NCBI GenBank assembly: GCA_044376695.1
Contig: JBILKM010000007.1
Location: forward strand, 10,752 to 74,751
DNA: 64,000 nt
Source of the DNA: Silvanigrellaceae bacterium
GTDB taxonomy: Bacteria > Bdellovibrionota_B > Oligoflexia > Silvanigrellales > Silvanigrellaceae
Direction: 5' to 3'
Shown in pieces: positions 17,568-26,518 of the stretch (positions within the stretch are counted from its first letter, which is position 1; every line of letters starts with the position of its first letter). The notes beneath the pieces are model-generated. The model was not told the DNA's origin, searched no databases, and was given only the letters and a program-made list of their open reading frames with translations. Position numbers and translations under genes: made by a program.

Positions 17568-18851
17568 TTACCAGTCGCTTGAGAGCCCAATCAAGTAGCG
17601 GCGCTCTTTACCTGCCTTACCACCGGTAAACAGTGCAGCATCGTAGGCAGCCGCCTCGATGCTGAAGTGTGGAAGTGGAATGTAGATTCCAAAGGACGTG
17701 CGCTTTTCGTTCAACCCAGCTCGGAGTGAGTAATTCCTACTGCTCAGCGCGTTTCCCGTAAAAATTTCGAGCCCGGCATGCGTAAGTTGGTTGATGTGCA
17801 CGTTTTGAAATCCATAGTTCTTGTCGCCACTCTTTATGGGCAGAGGATAGATGTCACCCGAGACTTTGATATTGATGCGCTGTGAGCCCAATTTGAAACG
17901 TGGGGTTATGCTCAGACCAGCACGTATTTCGGTCGGGTCAATTTTTGTGCCTGGGATTTCGTCGTTGACGTCGCCTGTCCGCTTGGCTCCGCAAATCGAC
18001 TGTGTCTTTCCCGTGGCTGGATTGGGATAGTTGTCCACACAACCCGTAGGTAGGTTCAACAGACTGAGCCCGAAAGTGGGTAGCCAGAAGTCGCCTGCAG
18101 TTGCAGTGAAGCCCAAATCAATCGCGGTTGAGGTTGTTTTAGAAAAGGATTTTTTCACTTCGGTGAAAAGGTTCTTTGAACTCACGATGTCGACAATACT
18201 GAATGTATTGCGGCTGTTCCAACGCATATTTGGGCGCACAGAGAGACCAAGTGACATCGTCCCCGAGCGATTGGAGAGCACAGCACCAAATACGGCCATA
18301 GCAGTGGTCTGGGTTTCGATTCGGCGGGACACTCCCCCGTCGGTCGAAGGTAATGCAAGCAGCGAGGAGCGGATCGGCAAACCAAGGAAATAGGTTGGGC
18401 CGCGTCGTTCTCCCATCACCAACCATGGGAAGAGCTGCATCTCCATGTACGTTCTGCTTTCAGCTGCAGCTGTTCCAAAATTTTTCAGCCAAGAGCTCGG
18501 TTGAAGGCCTTTGCCCTTTAGGCCGTCTACAAGGGCGGTGTTGCCGCCGATGGACATTTTAGGGACTTCAACCACATCGACTGTTTTTTTACTGCGTGGA
18601 TTGCGCGTGCGAGCAAGTCCTGCCGGATTCGCAAAAACCGCGTCTTCAGTGATCGCATGTGCTGTCTGGCTGCCACCCAGGGCCCGCGAGTAGGGTGAAC
18701 TCCAGCTGTTGTTCCATTCCTGCGGTTCGGTTGCTGTTGTTTCGCTGGCAAATGAAGACAAGGGAAGGAAAGCTAAACTGGCAGCAAGGAGCCTTCCGAT
18801 GCACTCTTTGCTGCACGCTGATGTCTTCTTTGTCGCTTTGAAATGCTCCAT
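17568..18851 (-). CDS. Outer-membrane beta-barrel protein (FadL/PorV-like N-terminal motif)
   Basis: Signal peptide ...LLAASLAFLPLSSFA-SE; motif AITEDAVFANPAGLA; alternating beta-strand pattern; C-terminal ...GLSSDW aromatic terminus. The start is ATG 18851, or a GTG 12 nt upstream. Confidence 0.55.
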   Translation of the reverse strand: MEHFKATKKTSACSKECIGRLLAASLAFLPLSSFASETTATEPQEWNNSWSSPYSRALGGSQTAHAITEDAVFANPAGLARTRNPRSKKTVDVVEVPKMSIGGNTALVDGLKGKGLQPSSWLKNFGTAAAESRTYMEMQLFPWLVMGERRGPTYFLGLPIRSSLLALPSTDGGVSRRIETQTTAMAVFGAVLSNRSGTMSLGLSVRPNMRWNSRNTFSIVDIVSSKNLFTEVKKSFSKTTSTAIDLGFTATAGDFWLPTFGLSLLNLPTGCVDNYPNPATGKTQSICGAKRTGDVNDEIPGTKIDPTEIRAGLSITPRFKLGSQRINIKVSGDIYPLPIKSGDKNYGFQNVHINQLTHAGLEIFTGNALSSRNYSLRAGLNEKRTSFGIYIPLPHFSIEAAAYDAALFTGGKAGKERRYLIGLSSDW

Positions 18852-18980
18852 GAGAGGCACCACGGCTCCTCCTTCTCTGTTGGGAAAGATCGGAGAATCT
18901 TGAGAAATCATGAGATGCAGGTAGTTTGACCCGCAGATGCAGCAATTTTTGCCCGCAAGATTTGCGCTGAGGAGTGCGTT

Positions 18981-20078
18981 ATGGCTGTTTTTTCTGATTT
19001 GATTCAGGGGCTTGTTGATGATGTGGGACTGCGGCAAAAAGTGCGCACAAAAGCGGATGTTGAGAGCTTTCACCGCTGGGTTTTGGCACAGCCCAAGGTT
19101 GAAACCCACGTTCATCTTGAGGCAGGCGTCCATCTGCATTTCTATGAATCACTTAAAAGACCCTCAACATGGAATGCATCTTTGCCTTGGCAGCGAGCCC
19201 CTTTTGCCAATTTGCGTGAATTCATTCTTGCGTGGGTCGATCTCACTCGAGCGATAAGAAGCTTGAGTGATGTCGAGGCTCTTGCCGAGGCTTTTGTGGC
19301 ATCCCGTGTCCTGCAAAACATCCGCTACACCGAGGCCTACTTTTCACCGGCTGATTTGAGTTTTATGCGCCGACGATTTGCCATCGCTCCTGAGATTTTC
19401 GATTTCTCCGAGGTCCTGCATGCGTATGTTCGGGGTTTGAAAAAAGGACTCGCAGCTCATCCAGGATTCGAGGTTCGCTTGGTGATGGACGCGCTGTGGC
19501 CTTCCACTTCAGATGAGCGACGCGAGATGAAGCAGGCCCTGGATAATGCGCTGAATTCCTCTGAAATTCATGATAAGCAGGGACGTTGTTTGATTGTTGG
19601 AATTGGATTGGGTGGTTCTGAAAGTCATCATGATCTTGAGGGGCACCGTGCCTTTTTAGAAGAATTGCGTGGAATGGGATTTAAGATCGACATTCACAGC
19701 GGTGAGGGAAATGCCGCGGATGTACACCGGGGGAGCGTTGAAGCACTTTCTCCTGACCGCGTTGCGCATGGTTTTGCCGGGGTTCCTGAAGGATTTCTTT
19801 TTGACAGCAATGTTGTGATGTGTCCGTTGAGCAACCTGTTGTTAAGAACGTTCACCGGGAATCCGGAACAACACCCTGCTTTCAAGTTGCTTCGCGAAAA
19901 TGTACCGCTGTTGATTGGCTCAGACGATCCACTGCTGCTTGGTCACGATTTGTCTTCTGAGTTTGCATTCATCTATGCCATTGAAGAATCATTTGCAGAG
20001 AAAAAATTTCTTGAGGTGCAAAAAAACACCCGGGAGCGAGTTTTCGCTCCGGATGTTTGTTCGCGGGTTCTGTCTTAA
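18981..20078 (+). CDS. Adenosine/adenine deaminase family amidohydrolase
   Basis: Metal motif VETHVHLEAG, HSGE, and C-terminal LIGSDDPLLLG (equivalent to the SxNTDDP motif). GAGGAG Shine-Dalgarno sequence. Confidence 0.7.
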   Translation: MAVFSDLIQGLVDDVGLRQKVRTKADVESFHRWVLAQPKVETHVHLEAGVHLHFYESLKRPSTWNASLPWQRAPFANLREFILAWVDLTRAIRSLSDVEALAEAFVASRVLQNIRYTEAYFSPADLSFMRRRFAIAPEIFDFSEVLHAYVRGLKKGLAAHPGFEVRLVMDALWPSTSDERREMKQALDNALNSSEIHDKQGRCLIVGIGLGGSESHHDLEGHRAFLEELRGMGFKIDIHSGEGNAADVHRGSVEALSPDRVAHGFAGVPEGFLFDSNVVMCPLSNLLLRTFTGNPEQHPAFKLLRENVPLLIGSDDPLLLGHDLSSEFAFIYAIEESFAEKKFLEVQKNTRERVFAPDVCSRVLS

Positions 20079-20085
20079 TTGATTG

Positions 20086-21315
20086 TCAGGAAGCCAAAGA
20101 CAGCATCGATTCGAGTGGTGTGGGTTTGGTACCCACCTTTGCAGGTTTGACGTTCTCTTTGATCTTTTTGAACTTCGCGAGCGGCACGAGCCGTGCTTGC
20201 TTTTTTGCATCCGGACGCAAGGTCTGAAGACTTGCAAGGATATCCTCGATGATCATGCTCTTGCTTTGTTTGTTACCAAGCAAAATTGCCTCGACCTTCT
20301 GAAGCTCGTCGTCGAGCAATTCCTTTGAAACCTCTCCGAAGAGTTTCAGGTGCTTTTGCAAAACTGCGCAAAGATTTTCTGCAAGCTGCTTCTGTGAAAC
20401 ATCAGCGGCTGCCTTGATTAATAGTGCGAGATGATTTGCCGTAATTGAAAGAGTGAGGTGTTCACGAGAAACCCAATCGGAGTAGGATGCCATGAAACTG
20501 GGGAATTCATCTGGATGCTTGAGCATGTAATGTCTCAGCACACTGTGGCTCATTTCTGCAAGAGCGGGTGCAGCTGTGAAGAACATGCTGAGGTGATCAG
20601 CGAGGAAAAAGAAGGCTGCGGTTCCTCGTTTCTTCTGCTCGAAGAATGCGTTTAGCATGTCGTCGAGGAAACTCTGGCCAAAACGGCTGATGATTCGGTT
20701 CAGCTGACTACTTGTGCTAGCATTCAGGGGACATTTTGAAAGATAATGCAACAATGAGACACGGATGGCATTGTTGTTCACATTACTTCGGGCGAGCAAA
20801 CTTGTGGTGATATACTCCACAACGCGCGCGGCTCCTTGGGGATCGAGACCACTCTTTCCTGCATTTTCTGCCACCATTAAACCGAACTCGGTTACTAACA
20901 CGAGTATTGTCTGGCCAATGGGAGTTTTGCCTTTGTGGTCTGTGAGCTCAACATCCGAAAGGTGTAGCATTGCCATGGCTACTTCTTTGTAGAAGTCGGC
21001 ATCCTGTGACACACCTAGCAAAGCGCGCAGGAAAACAACGCTCGTTTCCCAGTCTTTTTCATGTGAAAGACCTGCCGCAACGAGCCAAATAGGTCCTTCG
21101 AGATGCTTCTGGGCCTCGTACAAGGTTCGTAACCGTTGAGCGGCATGAGTCACGATCTGTTCCCGCGCCTGAGGCTGCGAGAATTTGAATCCGCGCTGAA
21201 AATTGAGTTTGTGCGTATCGCTCGCGTGTAGTTGCTGCGTCGAGCCGCCGTCGATTTCTGCAAGCGCGACAGACAGAGCCTCATCTGGTTCTAGTTCTCT
21301 TAAATGATGGGACAT
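20086..21315 (-). CDS. Hypothetical all-helical protein
   Basis: 409-aa ORF with an ATG start and coding-like composition. No recognisable motif. Confidence 0.6.
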   Translation of the reverse strand: MSHHLRELEPDEALSVALAEIDGGSTQQLHASDTHKLNFQRGFKFSQPQAREQIVTHAAQRLRTLYEAQKHLEGPIWLVAAGLSHEKDWETSVVFLRALLGVSQDADFYKEVAMAMLHLSDVELTDHKGKTPIGQTILVLVTEFGLMVAENAGKSGLDPQGAARVVEYITTSLLARSNVNNNAIRVSLLHYLSKCPLNASTSSQLNRIISRFGQSFLDDMLNAFFEQKKRGTAAFFFLADHLSMFFTAAPALAEMSHSVLRHYMLKHPDEFPSFMASYSDWVSREHLTLSITANHLALLIKAAADVSQKQLAENLCAVLQKHLKLFGEVSKELLDDELQKVEAILLGNKQSKSMIIEDILASLQTLRPDAKKQARLVPLAKFKKIKENVKPAKVGTKPTPLESMLSLAS

Positions 21316-21339
21316 GGTCTCCTCCCTTCGGGCTCTGCT

Positions 21340-21903
21340 TCAGGCAGTCTGGTGACGCTTCACGTATTCGAGAATTCGACTGCGTGAAGTTTCGTCGAGG
21401 CCGCGCAGTTCAAGCCCGTAGCCGACGTGCAAGCCATTTTCTCTCGCCTGGCGAACCACCACGGCTTTCAGGTGCATTGGCTTGCCTAAGCCTTTTCCTT
21501 CTTTCAGAGTCAATTTCACTTCATCGTTGAGCTGAAAAACAGCGTCTTCAGTTTCAAAGTAGATGCCGGAGATTGAAATGTTGCGGATGTGACCGGTGGC
21601 TACATGAGTATCGTTGTGGGCCACAACCAGCTCCTGCATTTGAGCACGGGGCGCTCGTCGTGAGACCGGCTCCTGGGCTTCGGGGGCGGACGGTACAGCG
21701 ACCAGGTGTGACTTGATTGGAGGTTGGAGTTCAGCCACGTCCGACAGAGTTTTCCAGTCGGCAAAGCCTTCGCGGTAAACGTAATCACTGGATTGAACCG
21801 TTCCCTCGGCTATCGCGGCCTTGAGTTCGGTTTCAGTCATGGGTCCGACCTGCACTTCCTTGGCATAGTAAAACCAAATCCTTTCGTTGACCGCCGCACC
21901 CAT
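21340..21903 (-). CDS. GYF_2 (DUF4339)-PilZ two-domain protein, putative c-di-GMP receptor
   Basis: N-terminal WFYYAKEVQVGPMTETELKAAIAEGTVQSSDYVYREGFADWKTLSDV. C-terminal PilZ motifs RRAPR (RxxxR) and NISISG ([DN]xSxxG). Confidence 0.75.
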   Translation of the reverse strand: MGAAVNERIWFYYAKEVQVGPMTETELKAAIAEGTVQSSDYVYREGFADWKTLSDVAELQPPIKSHLVAVPSAPEAQEPVSRRAPRAQMQELVVAHNDTHVATGHIRNISISGIYFETEDAVFQLNDEVKLTLKEGKGLGKPMHLKAVVVRQARENGLHVGYGLELRGLDETSRSRILEYVKRHQTA

Positions 21904-22108
21904 TGCCTTTTCCCTCCGTTTTTTCGATTTCCGAAAACCACAGGAGTCATCGGAAGCTCCTGCCTGGAACTTGACGCTATTTTGGTTAAATCTGATTCAG
22001 TTAATTTTTTTCTTGTTTTTTTGATGCGTTGGATGGCTTTTTTTTTAGTTCTGAAATGGCTGGCCAGAGTGGCAGGTTTTGAAGAAAATGGGGCATCGGA
22101 GGAATTGT

Positions 22109-22630
22109 ATGCGGGCGGCCTTCTCTCCCATTGTTCTGACTTTTTTCGCTGGGTTGTCGGGTCTGCAGAGCTCCTCGCAGGCGCTTGCGGCCCAGCCCAC
22201 TGCGTCGAACAAGCTCAAGCCATTGGAAATGCCCAGTATCGGCTCCGAGTCCGAGTACTATCAAGTTCTTGGACGACTCGAACAGCTCGACTCCTCCGGG
22301 CACCGAGCATCGCTGGTTTCGCCCGAGTTCTTTCAGTCTCTCAGCTGGATTGGTCGAACCGCGTGCGTTAACTATGTGTGCGGGATTCTATCCATGGATC
22401 AATGCCGGCGGGTTCTGGAACGCGCACTTGCCGATGATGCTCTCGTCGTTCGCGACCACGCTCTGCGCATCGTGCTGAGTTCAAATCAGTTCAGTGATAT
22501 TGAGAAGCGCAACGCTGCCGACCGCACTATTAACGACCAGAGGAACTATCGCAAAGGACGCCCCTTTTGGATCGTGGGCAGAGCCAAAGAGTTTCTTGGA
22601 GCAGGCGTGCAGATTTCAGCGGGGCAGTGA
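22109..22630 (+). CDS. Hypothetical secreted protein (HEAT-like helix repeats)
   Basis: GGAGG lies 6 nt before ATG 22109. Signal peptide MRAAFSPIVLTFFAGLSGLQSSSQALA. The 3' end overlaps the convergent OmpA gene by 15 nt. Confidence 0.55.
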   Translation: MRAAFSPIVLTFFAGLSGLQSSSQALAAQPTASNKLKPLEMPSIGSESEYYQVLGRLEQLDSSGHRASLVSPEFFQSLSWIGRTACVNYVCGILSMDQCRRVLERALADDALVVRDHALRIVLSSNQFSDIEKRNAADRTINDQRNYRKGRPFWIVGRAKEFLGAGVQISAGQ

Positions 22631-23821
22631 ACTGACAGCCGCCTTGAGCTTCTGCAACACTTCCCTCAGCCAGCGTGCATCGCGCACCCCTTCAAAACTG
22701 AGTTCAACGCGTCTGTTGCGGGCCCAGGCAACTTCGTTGTTGTTGGGATCAAGAGGACGGTTGAATCCAAATCCCACAGCTTTGATTCTGTTCTGCCCGA
22801 CACCTGCTTTCAGAAGAGCATCGCGAACGGCGCTTGCTCGTGCGAGCGAAAGTCGGTTGTTGTGATCTGCACTACCACGAATGTCGGTATGGCCTTCTAC
22901 TGTCAGCTGATTCCAACGGTCGGGATATTGAGCGAGCATCCGTCCGAGTTCGCGCAAAAAGGTTTCTGAACGACGCAACAGGATCGCCTTATCAGTCTCA
23001 AAATTGACCGTTTCGGAATCAAGCAGGAACCGCACATTTTCTTTGATAATCTGTTTCTCTACTGGCTTTTCAACGGTGATTTTCTTCACTGTTTCGTCGG
23101 TGGTCTGGGTGCGGACATCTTTTACAATCGTCTTTGGAGCGAAAAGGCTGCCACCAAACTGCAAACTGAGTAGTGCTATGTGTACTTGGCGTTCGAAGAG
23201 ATTGATGTCGGTATTGTATTCAAGAACTATCCTGGGCTTCCAGTTAGAGCCGAAGGTCAGGGCAACTTGCCCTCCAAGGAAAATGGCCGAACGAGTGCTT
23301 TTCACCGAGTCTGGGCCAAAGGATGCATTGGTTCCCAGAAATGCTTTTGCGACTGGCCCTGCAGACCACACTGCACCGTCACTTGAGGGCTCGTTGAGGC
23401 GGAGACGAGCAGAGATCTCGAGAAGCGCAGTGTCCGTGTATATTCTTACATTTTCGAGTCGAACCTTAGTTTCGGGTGTTGGACCATCAACGATATCGGC
23501 ATCACCCTGTAACTGTGTCTTGTAGTAACCACCAGCAGTTTCAATCTCGAGATCTCGATTGGTGAGTGTGAGTGCTCCCTTTCCACCAAAGAGGCTTCCT
23601 GTCTTTGGGCTCTCATCATCCGTGCTTGGTGTTGTGCTGACAAGGGCGCCATCGGCTCCCAAGAAAAGATCCAACCCATAGCCGCTGGGACGTGTGGTGT
23701 CGGAACTTGTGCGAATACTCTTGGACTGGCTAATGGAGGTTGCCGCTAAACCGAGCGAACTCGGAAGAGCAGACAGCAAAGAAAAACCGAGAATGCGTCG
23801 TGAAATGAATTTTACTTGCAT
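22616..23821 (-). CDS. OmpA-family outer-membrane protein (beta-barrel plus peptidoglycan-binding OmpA_C domain)
   Basis: Signal peptide MQVKFISRRILGFSLLSALPSSLGLAA. C-terminal TVEGHTDIRGSADHNNRLSLARASAVRDALLKAGV...NRRVEL. Last gene of the flagellar superoperon. Confidence 0.85.
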   Translation of the reverse strand: MQVKFISRRILGFSLLSALPSSLGLAATSISQSKSIRTSSDTTRPSGYGLDLFLGADGALVSTTPSTDDESPKTGSLFGGKGALTLTNRDLEIETAGGYYKTQLQGDADIVDGPTPETKVRLENVRIYTDTALLEISARLRLNEPSSDGAVWSAGPVAKAFLGTNASFGPDSVKSTRSAIFLGGQVALTFGSNWKPRIVLEYNTDINLFERQVHIALLSLQFGGSLFAPKTIVKDVRTQTTDETVKKITVEKPVEKQIIKENVRFLLDSETVNFETDKAILLRRSETFLRELGRMLAQYPDRWNQLTVEGHTDIRGSADHNNRLSLARASAVRDALLKAGVGQNRIKAVGFGFNRPLDPNNNEVAWARNRRVELSFEGVRDARWLREVLQKLKAAVSSLPR

Positions 23822-24993
23822 CGCTCGCCTCGGCAAGTTTCCGGGGTGCTTCTGCGCTTCAGAAGTTGGTTGAGGGCATCAGCCACCGCATCAGGATTGG
23901 TAAGACCAAGGAAAGATAAATCAACGAAGGTCGTTGCGACGGAACCCGGATTCATTTCAGCAAAGCCTCTTCTGCTTCCCTCACCACGAGCAAGAATGCG
24001 TTGTGCAGGCATAAGTCCTGTACTGACAATCGCATTGCGAATCGAAAGTGCACGAATCTCGCTGATTCTTTGGTCGCGCCGGGAGTCACCCGATTCGGGG
24101 ACTGTGACTTCGATGGTCACTAGTTTGTAAAAGGGCGAGGTCTGTTTGAGTGTCTGCCCGAGTTCGTTGGCAAATTCTTGGTCTTCAGGATTAAGAGCTG
24201 TTTGGCTCTTGAGGAACTTGAAGCTTTCGATAGGCAGTGAGTATTTGGTCACGTCACGCACAATAGTTTTGGTGATGACCTTGGGAACCTCGACTTTCTG
24301 GACACGTTCCTTGCGCACATAGACATCTGTTTTGCGCATCAGCACGTCATAATTCTTAAGCGGAATTCCAAATTGCATCGTTGCGCCATAGTTGACCACC
24401 TGACGCTTGTTGTCGGGGAGTTCTGCCAAGAGGAATGCGCCTATGCGAAATATTCCGGATTCTTTGAGAAGGTCGAATGCAAACATGCCGCCGCCAAGCA
24501 GCATGTTGTTCACCAACCCCTGGCGCTGACTCAGAGTGAGATCTGCACCAAAGTAGTCTTGCACAACGAGGCCCAGGTTCACGCGCGGCGTGAGGCGAAA
24601 ACGCACTCCAGCTTCTGCAAAAGCAGCCTGTGTATAAACTCTGTGCCCGAGCTCAGGGTCAGAGGGAAGATCTCCCTTAGTTTTTCCATACAGCGCAGAA
24701 TAGCTCCACCCTAAGCCAGCTTCGAGGATCCAATCTTCAAGGAGAAACGAAGCCAATGTTTTTCCTGCAAAGGCAGTTCCAGAAAACGGGCCCTCACGCG
24801 GAATTGTGGTGGAGTGGTTGAGAAGTCCGGCATCGAGTCCAACTTGTAAAACAACGGGCAAGGGCGCATCGCCTTTGACCAGCTTCTCTGTGTTTTTTGT
24901 GTATACCTGTGGCAAGTCGCTCGCCTTGGAAACCAAGGGAGTCCATGCAGCAAGAAGAGCAACAGTAGTGCGCCGTAACGATCGAGAAAGCAT
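23812..24993 (-). CDS. Outer-membrane beta-barrel protein with a degenerate OmpA-like C-terminal domain (paralogue of the downstream gene)
   Basis: Signal peptide ...ALLAAWTPLVSKA. Same barrel-linker-OmpA_C layout as 22616-23821, but the GHTD/NxxLSxxRA peptidoglycan-binding motif is only partly kept (EVTVPESGDSRRDQRISEIRALSIRNAIV). Confidence 0.65.
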   Translation of the reverse strand: MLSRSLRRTTVALLAAWTPLVSKASDLPQVYTKNTEKLVKGDAPLPVVLQVGLDAGLLNHSTTIPREGPFSGTAFAGKTLASFLLEDWILEAGLGWSYSALYGKTKGDLPSDPELGHRVYTQAAFAEAGVRFRLTPRVNLGLVVQDYFGADLTLSQRQGLVNNMLLGGGMFAFDLLKESGIFRIGAFLLAELPDNKRQVVNYGATMQFGIPLKNYDVLMRKTDVYVRKERVQKVEVPKVITKTIVRDVTKYSLPIESFKFLKSQTALNPEDQEFANELGQTLKQTSPFYKLVTIEVTVPESGDSRRDQRISEIRALSIRNAIVSTGLMPAQRILARGEGSRRGFAEMNPGSVATTFVDLSFLGLTNPDAVADALNQLLKRRSTPETCRGERCK

Positions 24994-25013
24994 TGAGAAT
25001 ACTCTCCTGAGTT

Positions 25014-25622
25014 TTACCCCATGTAGGAGAGTAACTGAACCTCGCTCTGAGACAAGCCAAGTTTCCGGCAGATGGCTCCGAGCTCTTTGCCGTCTTGGAT
25101 GAGTCGGCGTGCTTCGGCGTATTTCTCTGCCTGAAGCTCTTTAAGAATTTCATCGGAGGGAACGTTTTCATCGAGGAAGCGAAGAATACGTTTGGCGTTG
25201 CTGGTGGCCTCAACCAGTTCGGAAGAGGTCTGTGAAGCAACCTGAACCGATTTTTCAAGTTGCATACGCTGACGGTTGACGTGATTTACCGAACTGTCTG
25301 TAAGCTCGCGTGATTTGTCTTCGAGCTCTTTTAGCAGAATCTCACATTTTTGAGTCATCTCAGTCCACTCTGCGTGCGCATCGGCTCCAACACGCTTTAG
25401 TTTGGACAATGTCTCTTCCGAGATCCTCTTAGCCTGTGCTAATTCCATTGATACAGACTGCTGCAGCTCAAGCAACTCACTGCGTTCTTGATCAAGACGC
25501 ATGAATTCGCGCTCACGGATCTTTTTTCCATTCGATAGCCAGCGGAAACAGCTCATGAAAAAAAGCGCTTCCAGCATCAGAAAAACAAATCCAAAGATAG
25601 CAAGAATAACGATGGTGTTCAC
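25014..25622 (-). CDS. Membrane-anchored coiled-coil protein with a C-terminal DUF2802-like helix-turn-helix
   Basis: GTG start overlaps the upstream stop (GTGA). One N-terminal TM segment (IVILAIFGFVFLMLEALFFM), a coiled-coil middle, and C-terminal ARRLIQDGKELGAICRKLGLSQSEVQLLSYM resembling DUF2802 of flagellar/chemotaxis clusters. Confidence 0.55.
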   Translation of the reverse strand: MNTIVILAIFGFVFLMLEALFFMSCFRWLSNGKKIREREFMRLDQERSELLELQQSVSMELAQAKRISEETLSKLKRVGADAHAEWTEMTQKCEILLKELEDKSRELTDSSVNHVNRQRMQLEKSVQVASQTSSELVEATSNAKRILRFLDENVPSDEILKELQAEKYAEARRLIQDGKELGAICRKLGLSQSEVQLLSYMG

Positions 25623-26104
25623 GCTGCACCAACTCCCACGCCAAGGTAATCAGCCAGAACCTTTCCATCGATAGGGTCGATGTTCACGGTCTGGACAGTG
25701 ATGAGATATCGATTTGGGCGCTTGCCAACATCTTCACAGGTCACGACACGACAAAGCATCTGAAATGAAGATGGTGCTTCGGTGTGTCGATAATCCACAT
25801 GCCTCGACTTCCGAGCCCAGTAGTCGGGGACTTCAACCAGTAGACGCATCAGGCAACCTGAATCATAGGCCAGGCTGGAATAAAATGTTGCGCCATCGGG
25901 GGCAACGCTCAAGGTTTCGCCCTGAAGCATTTTATTGACTGAGTTGGTTATGTTGAACTTGCAGTAACGGAGTGGGATTTTCTTTGACACAAGACGCAGG
26001 CGAAGCGAGGACAGCAACTCGAGTGTGGAGAGTTTTCCGCCATTGCTGGGGGACTCTTCCTGGTCACCGTGGAGCTCATCAAAAGAAGTCAGTGGCGTGC
26101 TCAT
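25619..26104 (-). CDS. Hypothetical protein, PilZ-like fold with degenerate c-di-GMP motifs
   Basis: Beta-rich pattern ...GETLSVAPDGATFYS...LMRLLVEVP...FQMLCRVVTCE...RYLITVQTVNIDPID...LADYL resembles PilZ barrels. RxxxR and DxSxxG are not intact. Confidence 0.4.
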   Translation of the reverse strand: MSTPLTSFDELHGDQEESPSNGGKLSTLELLSSLRLRLVSKKIPLRYCKFNITNSVNKMLQGETLSVAPDGATFYSSLAYDSGCLMRLLVEVPDYWARKSRHVDYRHTEAPSSFQMLCRVVTCEDVGKRPNRYLITVQTVNIDPIDGKVLADYLGVGVGAA

Positions 26105-26107
26105 GGC

Positions 26108-26503
26108 TTACCTCCGGTTTGCGAAAATCTTTTCGATTTTTTCTCTCAGGGTTGCCGAATTGAACGGCTTGACGATGTAACTGCTGACGCCGGATTTAAC
26201 AGCCTCAACGATGCTCTCTTTGTCGGCCTCGGCAGTGACCATCAAAAATGGCAGGTTTTTGAGAGCAGGTTCTGCACGGACAGCCTTGAGGAGTTCGATT
26301 CCGGTCATGTTCGGCATGTTCCAGTCGGAGATGACGAACTCAATATTTCCCTTTTGACGCAGCATCTCGAGGGCAGCTCGACCGTCCTCAGCTTCCTGGA
26401 CATTTTCGTACCCGAGTTGACGGAGTACCTGACGCACAATCTTCCGCATGGTTGGAAAGTCGTCGACCACAAGGATTTTGATGTCGTTTGATGGCATTGG
26501 CAT
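26108..26503 (-). CDS. cheY: Chemotaxis response regulator CheY
   Basis: [14 protein letters not shown]..., phospho-acceptor [18 protein letters not shown], and Lys in YIVKPF. Single receiver domain of 131 aa. Confidence 0.93.
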   Translation of the reverse strand: MPMPSNDIKILVVDDFPTMRKIVRQVLRQLGYENVQEAEDGRAALEMLRQKGNIEFVISDWNMPNMTGIELLKAVRAEPALKNLPFLMVTAEADKESIVEAVKSGVSSYIVKPFNSATLREKIEKIFANRR

Positions 26504-26518
26504 GACACAAGACTCCGT

